Source: an uncultured Alphaproteobacteria bacterium (GTDB lineage: Bacteria; Pseudomonadota; Alphaproteobacteria; Rhizobiales; Xanthobacteraceae). From it: a stretch of 64,000 nucleotides of DNA. Location of the stretch: positions 206,903 to 270,902 of the forward strand of contig CAVVSK010000014.1 of the NCBI GenBank assembly GCA_963750965.1, read 5' to 3'. This document shows positions 60,220-64,000 of this stretch, one piece after another (position 1 is the first letter of the stretch; every line of letters begins with the position of its first letter). The position numbers and the translations under genes were made by a program. The notes below the pieces were generated by a model, which saw only the letters and a list, made by a program, of their open reading frames with translations, was not told where the DNA came from and searched no databases.

Positions 60220-61614
60220 TTACATCGATTTGACGATCTGCTCGGCCATCTTCTTGGCGTCGCCAAGCAGCATCATGGTGTTGTCGCGGTAGAACAACGG
60301 ATTGTCGATCCCGGCATAGCCGGAAGCGAGCGAGCGCTTGACGAACATCACCGTGCCGGCCTTCCACACCTGCAGCACGGGCATTCCGTAAATCGGCGAG
60401 GTTTTATCTTCTTCCGCCGCCGGATTGGTCACGTCATTGGCGCCGATGACGAAAGCGACATCAGCTTGGGAGAACTCGGAGTTGATGTCCTCCAGCTCGA
60501 ACACTTCGTCGTAAGGCACATTGGCTTCCGCCAACAGCACATTCATATGGCCGGGCATGCGGCCCGCCACCGGATGGATGGCGTATTTCACTTCGACGCC
60601 TTCCTTCTTCAAATGATCGCCCATCTCGCGCAGCGCATGCTGCGCCTGCGCTACCGCCATGCCGTAGCCCGGCACGATGATCACCTTGGAAGCATTCTTC
60701 ATAATATAGGCGGCGTCTTCCGCCGAGCCGAGTTTCACCGGCTTCTGCTCCGCCGCCGCACCCGGGCCCGCGGTTTCCCCGCCGAAGCCTCCCAGGATCA
60801 CCGAGATGAAGGAGCGGTTCATTCCGGTGCACATGATGTAGGAGAGGATCGCGCCGGAGGATCCGACCAACGCGCCGGTGATGATCAGAGCGGAATTGCC
60901 CAGCGTGAAGCCGATGCCGGCAGCCGCCCATCCCGAATAGGAATTGAGCATCGAGATCACGACCGGCATGTCGGCGCCGCCAATCGGGATGATCATCAAG
61001 ACGCCGAGCACGAAGGAAACCAGCGTGATCATCCAGAAGACGAAATGACTCTCGGTCAGCACAAAAATAATGATGAGCAGGACGAGCGCGCCGGCGAGCC
61101 CGAGATTGATGATGTGCCGGAACGGCAACATGATGGGAGCGCCGCTCATGCGCCCGTCGAGCTTAAGGAAGGCGATCACCGAACCGGTGAAGGTGATGGC
61201 GCCGATGGCGACGCCAAGCGACATCTCCACCAAACTCGCGCCCGGGATACGGCCGGGCAGACCGAGCTCGAACGCCGCCGGGGCATAAAGCGCGCCCGCC
61301 GCCACCAGCACCGCGGCCAAGCCCACCAGAGAATGGAAAGCCGCAACCAGCTGCGGCATGGCGGTCATCGGCACTCGGCGCGCGATCACCGCGCCGGCGC
61401 CGCCGCCGATGCCCATGCCGAGCAGCACCAGCAGCCAGGCCGCCAAGCTCGACGGCGGTCGCAACGCCAAGGTGGTGGCGATCGCGATGGCCATGCCAAC
61501 CATGCCGAACATGTTGCCCTGGCGGCTGGTGGCCGGGCTGGACAGTCCTCGCAATGCGAGGATGAACAGCACGCTTGCGACCAGATAAAGCAGCGCGGCG
61601 AAATTGGCGGTCAT
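60220..61614 (-). CDS. pntB: NAD(P) transhydrogenase subunit beta
   Basis: 464 aa with a multi-TM N-terminal half and an NADP(H)-binding dIII domain (GYGMAVAQAQH, VIGANDVTNP). Confidence 0.95.
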   Translation of the reverse strand: MTANFAALLYLVASVLFILALRGLSSPATSRQGNMFGMVGMAIAIATTLALRPPSSLAAWLLVLLGMGIGGGAGAVIARRVPMTAMPQLVAAFHSLVGLAAVLVAAGALYAPAAFELGLPGRIPGASLVEMSLGVAIGAITFTGSVIAFLKLDGRMSGAPIMLPFRHIINLGLAGALVLLIIIFVLTESHFVFWMITLVSFVLGVLMIIPIGGADMPVVISMLNSYSGWAAAGIGFTLGNSALIITGALVGSSGAILSYIMCTGMNRSFISVILGGFGGETAGPGAAAEQKPVKLGSAEDAAYIMKNASKVIIVPGYGMAVAQAQHALREMGDHLKKEGVEVKYAIHPVAGRMPGHMNVLLAEANVPYDEVFELEDINSEFSQADVAFVIGANDVTNPAAEEDKTSPIYGMPVLQVWKAGTVMFVKRSLASGYAGIDNPLFYRDNTMMLLGDAKKMAEQIVKSM

Positions 61615-61627
61615 GGCCGGCGCTCCC

Positions 61628-62062
61628 TTAGGTCTTTTTCTTGTACATGCCGAGCATGCGCTGGGTCACCAGGAAGCCGCCGAAGATGTTCACGGAAGCC
61701 AAAATCAGCGCGACGAAACCAAAGGTGCGCGCCCACCAGGTGCCGGAATCGTCGCCCACCAGCATCACGCCCACTGCCAGCAGCGCGCCGACCACAATCA
61801 CCGAGGAGATCGCATTGGTTACCGACATCAGCGGCGTATGCAGCGCCGGCGTCACGGACCATACGACGTAATAACCGACAAAGACCGCGAGAACGAAAAT
61901 GGAGAAACGGAAAACGAAGGGATCGACCCCGGAAAAACCATGTGCCGCGGCACTGGCGGCATCGGCGGCGAGCTGGGCATAGGCCTGCGCGGCCTCGGCC
62001 GCTTGACGCGCAACCTCGGCGGAGGCTTGGGCGCGTTCAAGGGCTTCTTGTGGCGTTGCCAT
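61628..62062 (-). CDS. pntA: NAD(P) transhydrogenase subunit alpha part 2 (membrane)
   Basis: 144 aa with four TM segments ([18 protein letters not shown]...). It lies between pntA part 1 and pntB. Confidence 0.9.
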   Translation of the reverse strand: MATPQEALERAQASAEVARQAAEAAQAYAQLAADAASAAAHGFSGVDPFVFRFSIFVLAVFVGYYVVWSVTPALHTPLMSVTNAISSVIVVGALLAVGVMLVGDDSGTWWARTFGFVALILASVNIFGGFLVTQRMLGMYKKKT

Positions 62063-62074
62063 AGCGACTAATTC

Positions 62075-63214
62075 CTAGGCTGCGTTTTTCGGCTGAAAAT
62101 TCGGATGAATGACGGCGTCGTCACGCGTCAGCGCGATGGCTTGGACGATCTCGTCGTCCCATTTCACGGCCAGCGTCTTGCTGGTCTTGTCGATCAGAAT
62201 CTCGAGCAGGGTATAGAGGTTCTTTGCATAAAGCGCCGAGGCCGAGGCCGCCAGCCGCCCCGCCATATTGAGATGGCCGACAATTTTGACGCCGCCTTCC
62301 TGCACGACCTCGCCGGCACGCGCGCCTTCAACATTGCCGCCGCGCTCAATCGCGAGATCGATGATCACCGAGCCGGGCCGCATCGAGGCGACCATTTCCT
62401 TGCTGATGAGTTGCGGCGCCGGGCGGCCGGGGATCAGCGCCGTGGTGATGACGATATCCTGCTTCTTGATGTGCTCGGCGACGAGCGCGGCCTGCTTCGC
62501 CTGATACTCCTTCGACATTTCCTTGGCATAGCCGCCGGCCGTCTGGGCATTCTTGAATTCCTCGTCCTCGACGGCGAGAAATTTGGCGCCGAGGCTTTCT
62601 ACTTGCTCTTTGGTGGCGGGACGCACGTCGGTCGCGGTGACCATGGCGCCCAGGCGGCGCGCCGTCGCAATGGCCTGCAGACCCGCGACCCCGACCCCCA
62701 TGATAAACACCTTGGCCGCCGGCACCGTGCCCGCGGCAGTCATCATCATCGGGAGCGCGCGGCCATATTCCTGGGCGGCATCGATCACCGCGCGATAACC
62801 GGCGAGATTGGCCTGACTCGACAGCACGTCCATCGACTGCGCACGGCTGATCCGCGGCAGCAATTCCATTGCAAAAGCCGAGACTCCCGCTTGCGCGAGC
62901 TGTTGAATCTCCGCCTCATTGTCATAAGGATCCATGATACCGACAACAATGGCGCCGCGCTTGTATTGCCCAGCCTCTTGCGCGGAAGGACGGCGCACCT
63001 TGAGCACCACGTCGGCATCGCTAACGGCTTCAGCAGCGTTCGCATGCACGCTTGCGCCGGCCGCTTCATAGTCAGAATCGAGGATGCCCGATTTGATACC
63101 CGCGCCGGCCTCGATAGCAACATCGGCGCCGAGGCCTTTCATCTTCTTGACGGTGTCCGGCGTAGCGGCCACGCGTGGCTCCGGCTCTGCCTCACGCGGT
63201 ATGGCAATGCGCAT
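62075..63214 (-). CDS. pntA: NAD(P) transhydrogenase subunit alpha part 1 (dI, NAD(H)-binding)
   Basis: Alanine-dehydrogenase-like fold with VFIMGVGVAGLQAIATARRLGA. Confidence 0.95.
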   Translation of the reverse strand: MRIAIPREAEPEPRVAATPDTVKKMKGLGADVAIEAGAGIKSGILDSDYEAAGASVHANAAEAVSDADVVLKVRRPSAQEAGQYKRGAIVVGIMDPYDNEAEIQQLAQAGVSAFAMELLPRISRAQSMDVLSSQANLAGYRAVIDAAQEYGRALPMMMTAAGTVPAAKVFIMGVGVAGLQAIATARRLGAMVTATDVRPATKEQVESLGAKFLAVEDEEFKNAQTAGGYAKEMSKEYQAKQAALVAEHIKKQDIVITTALIPGRPAPQLISKEMVASMRPGSVIIDLAIERGGNVEGARAGEVVQEGGVKIVGHLNMAGRLAASASALYAKNLYTLLEILIDKTSKTLAVKWDDEIVQAIALTRDDAVIHPNFQPKNAA

Positions 63215-63244
63215 TCACTCGCCCCCCAAACGTCCGGACCCGCG

Positions 63245-63535
63245 TTAGCCGGCACTCAGCGCAAGCGCCACCAACGCCAACACCAGCGCAACATAGCTCG
63301 CGGTTCTTGTGTTGCTCATGAAGCCCTGGATCGCGGCAACCGTGGCCACCACGAAGATACCGAAAGCAACCAGCCAATGCCCCGTAACACCGCCGATCGC
63401 CAGCCCGATCAGAATACTGGCAACGTGCAAGGTCCCAATGAAAGCCATGTGCACGAAGGCCTCGTAGGTGCCTTCATGCGACGCATAATCATTGCCCGGC
63501 GCCGTGGCATATTCCGGCGCAGCATGCTCGGCCAT
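63245..63535 (-). CDS. aa3-type cytochrome oxidase subunit IV-like small membrane protein
   Basis: SHEGTYEAFVHMAFIGTLHVASILIGLAI motif. The start was chosen at MAEHAAPEY. Confidence 0.6.
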   Translation of the reverse strand: MAEHAAPEYATAPGNDYASHEGTYEAFVHMAFIGTLHVASILIGLAIGGVTGHWLVAFGIFVVATVAAIQGFMSNTRTASYVALVLALVALALSAG

Positions 63536-63620
63536 TGTTATCCTCCGTGGAAAAAACTCAGGATTCGTTGGGGGGAGGATTAGCGGAAAGGCATAGCCCG
63601 GGCAATGGCGGGCGGGGCCG

Positions 63621-64000
63621 TCACGGCTCTTCGAGCCCGGCAACAGAAAGCGCCCGCTTCTGCCTGTGGGCGACCTTCGGCACGGAAAACGCTTCTATCG
63701 CCTCATTGAACAGGCGGTAGAAATTCAATTCCGCCCGCAGGTGCAAGAACACCGCGCCGAGCCCGATGGCCGCGCGGTCCATGAACACAAACTCCCGCGG
63801 CACTGTGACCGGGCCCTGTTCCCGCAACGCCTGATGCACGCGGAATGCCTCCCGGCGGCCGTATTCGGAGGGTTTTACGCCGTCGGCGATGGTACGGGTG
63901 CGGTTATCGAGCAGCGGGCCGTATATAAAGCCTGCCCAAATATTAAGCGTTTCAATCAGGCCGCGGGTGAGATTTTTGAAACCCCAGGTCTCATAGGCAT
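63621..64000 (-). CDS. ABC1/UbiB-type kinase family protein, C-terminal part (gene continues beyond the window)
   Basis: The frame stays open to the window edge (my translation: AYETWGFKNLTRGLIETLNIWAGFIYGPLLDNRTRTIADGV...FMDRAAIGLGAVFLHLRAELNFYRLF). Confidence 0.6.
   Translation of the reverse strand, partial: AYETWGFKNLTRGLIETLNIWAGFIYGPLLDNRTRTIADGVKPSEYGRREAFRVHQALREQGPVTVPREFVFMDRAAIGLGAVFLHLRAELNFYRLFNEAIEAFSVPKVAHRQKRALSVAGLEEP

Noticed and set aside
60217-63583. Very long ORFs antisense to pntB and pntA (615 aa and 492 aa). Similar ones lie antisense to tkt (24777-26132), the Bug gene (13927-14928), gap (26315-27433), pgk (27494-28576), the motA/motB-like genes (34261-35391) and the DsbD-like/prx genes (45142-46425).
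   Set aside because: They have Arg/Gly/His-rich low-complexity composition and no family motifs. Each lies exactly opposite a well-supported gene. These are typical shadow ORFs of GC-rich DNA.

Overview
This is a GC-rich chromosomal core segment. Its gene content and order are typical of an alphaproteobacterium of the Bradyrhizobium/Rhodopseudomonas/Afipia/Nitrobacter group (inferred from synteny and protein families, no search was run). About 70 genes are recognisable. They include cytochrome c and Usp; ftsH-tilS downstream of a complete Tol-Pal cluster (ybgC ... tolQRA-tolB-pal-cpoB); and ruvC-ruvA-X-ruvB. Next come yebC, ymdB-like, 5-formyl-THF cyclo-ligase with a candidate 6S RNA, an orphan homodimeric-type 2-oxoacid dehydrogenase E1, and zapA. 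The window continues with tkt-gap-pgk-fba, cfa, a thiE-like gene, a Sel1 protein, suhB, a MotA/MotB-like stator pair, an MsbA-like ABC exporter, rpmE, and a DUF1465 (RcdA-like) gene. It ends with a 7TM-PAS-GGDEF-EAL protein, rnhA-thrB-ispH, DUF1013, a DUF1800/DUF1501 pair, purEK, rpsU and pntAB. I saw no tRNA or rRNA genes, CRISPR arrays, IS elements, prophage genes or recognisable defence islands, so I cannot point to a clear new multi-gene system. The most striking signal is technical or evolutionary. Nine conserved genes or gene segments are broken by single-base frameshifts. All nine are +1 insertions, and four are a duplicated T inside what would otherwise be a CcrM GANTC site. Other points worth a second look: a 170-bp double-hairpin intergenic repeat present twice in opposite orientations; a second short repeat box family; and an uncharacterised stator-like MotA/MotB pair with a long coiled coil. 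Also noted: a membrane ORF translationally chained between ruvA and ruvB; the E1 gene splitting the conserved zapA-ssrS-ygfA locus; two TetR-associated palindromes; a perfect CtrA box upstream of the RcdA-like gene; and a 590-bp non-coding leader upstream of DUF1800/DUF1501.
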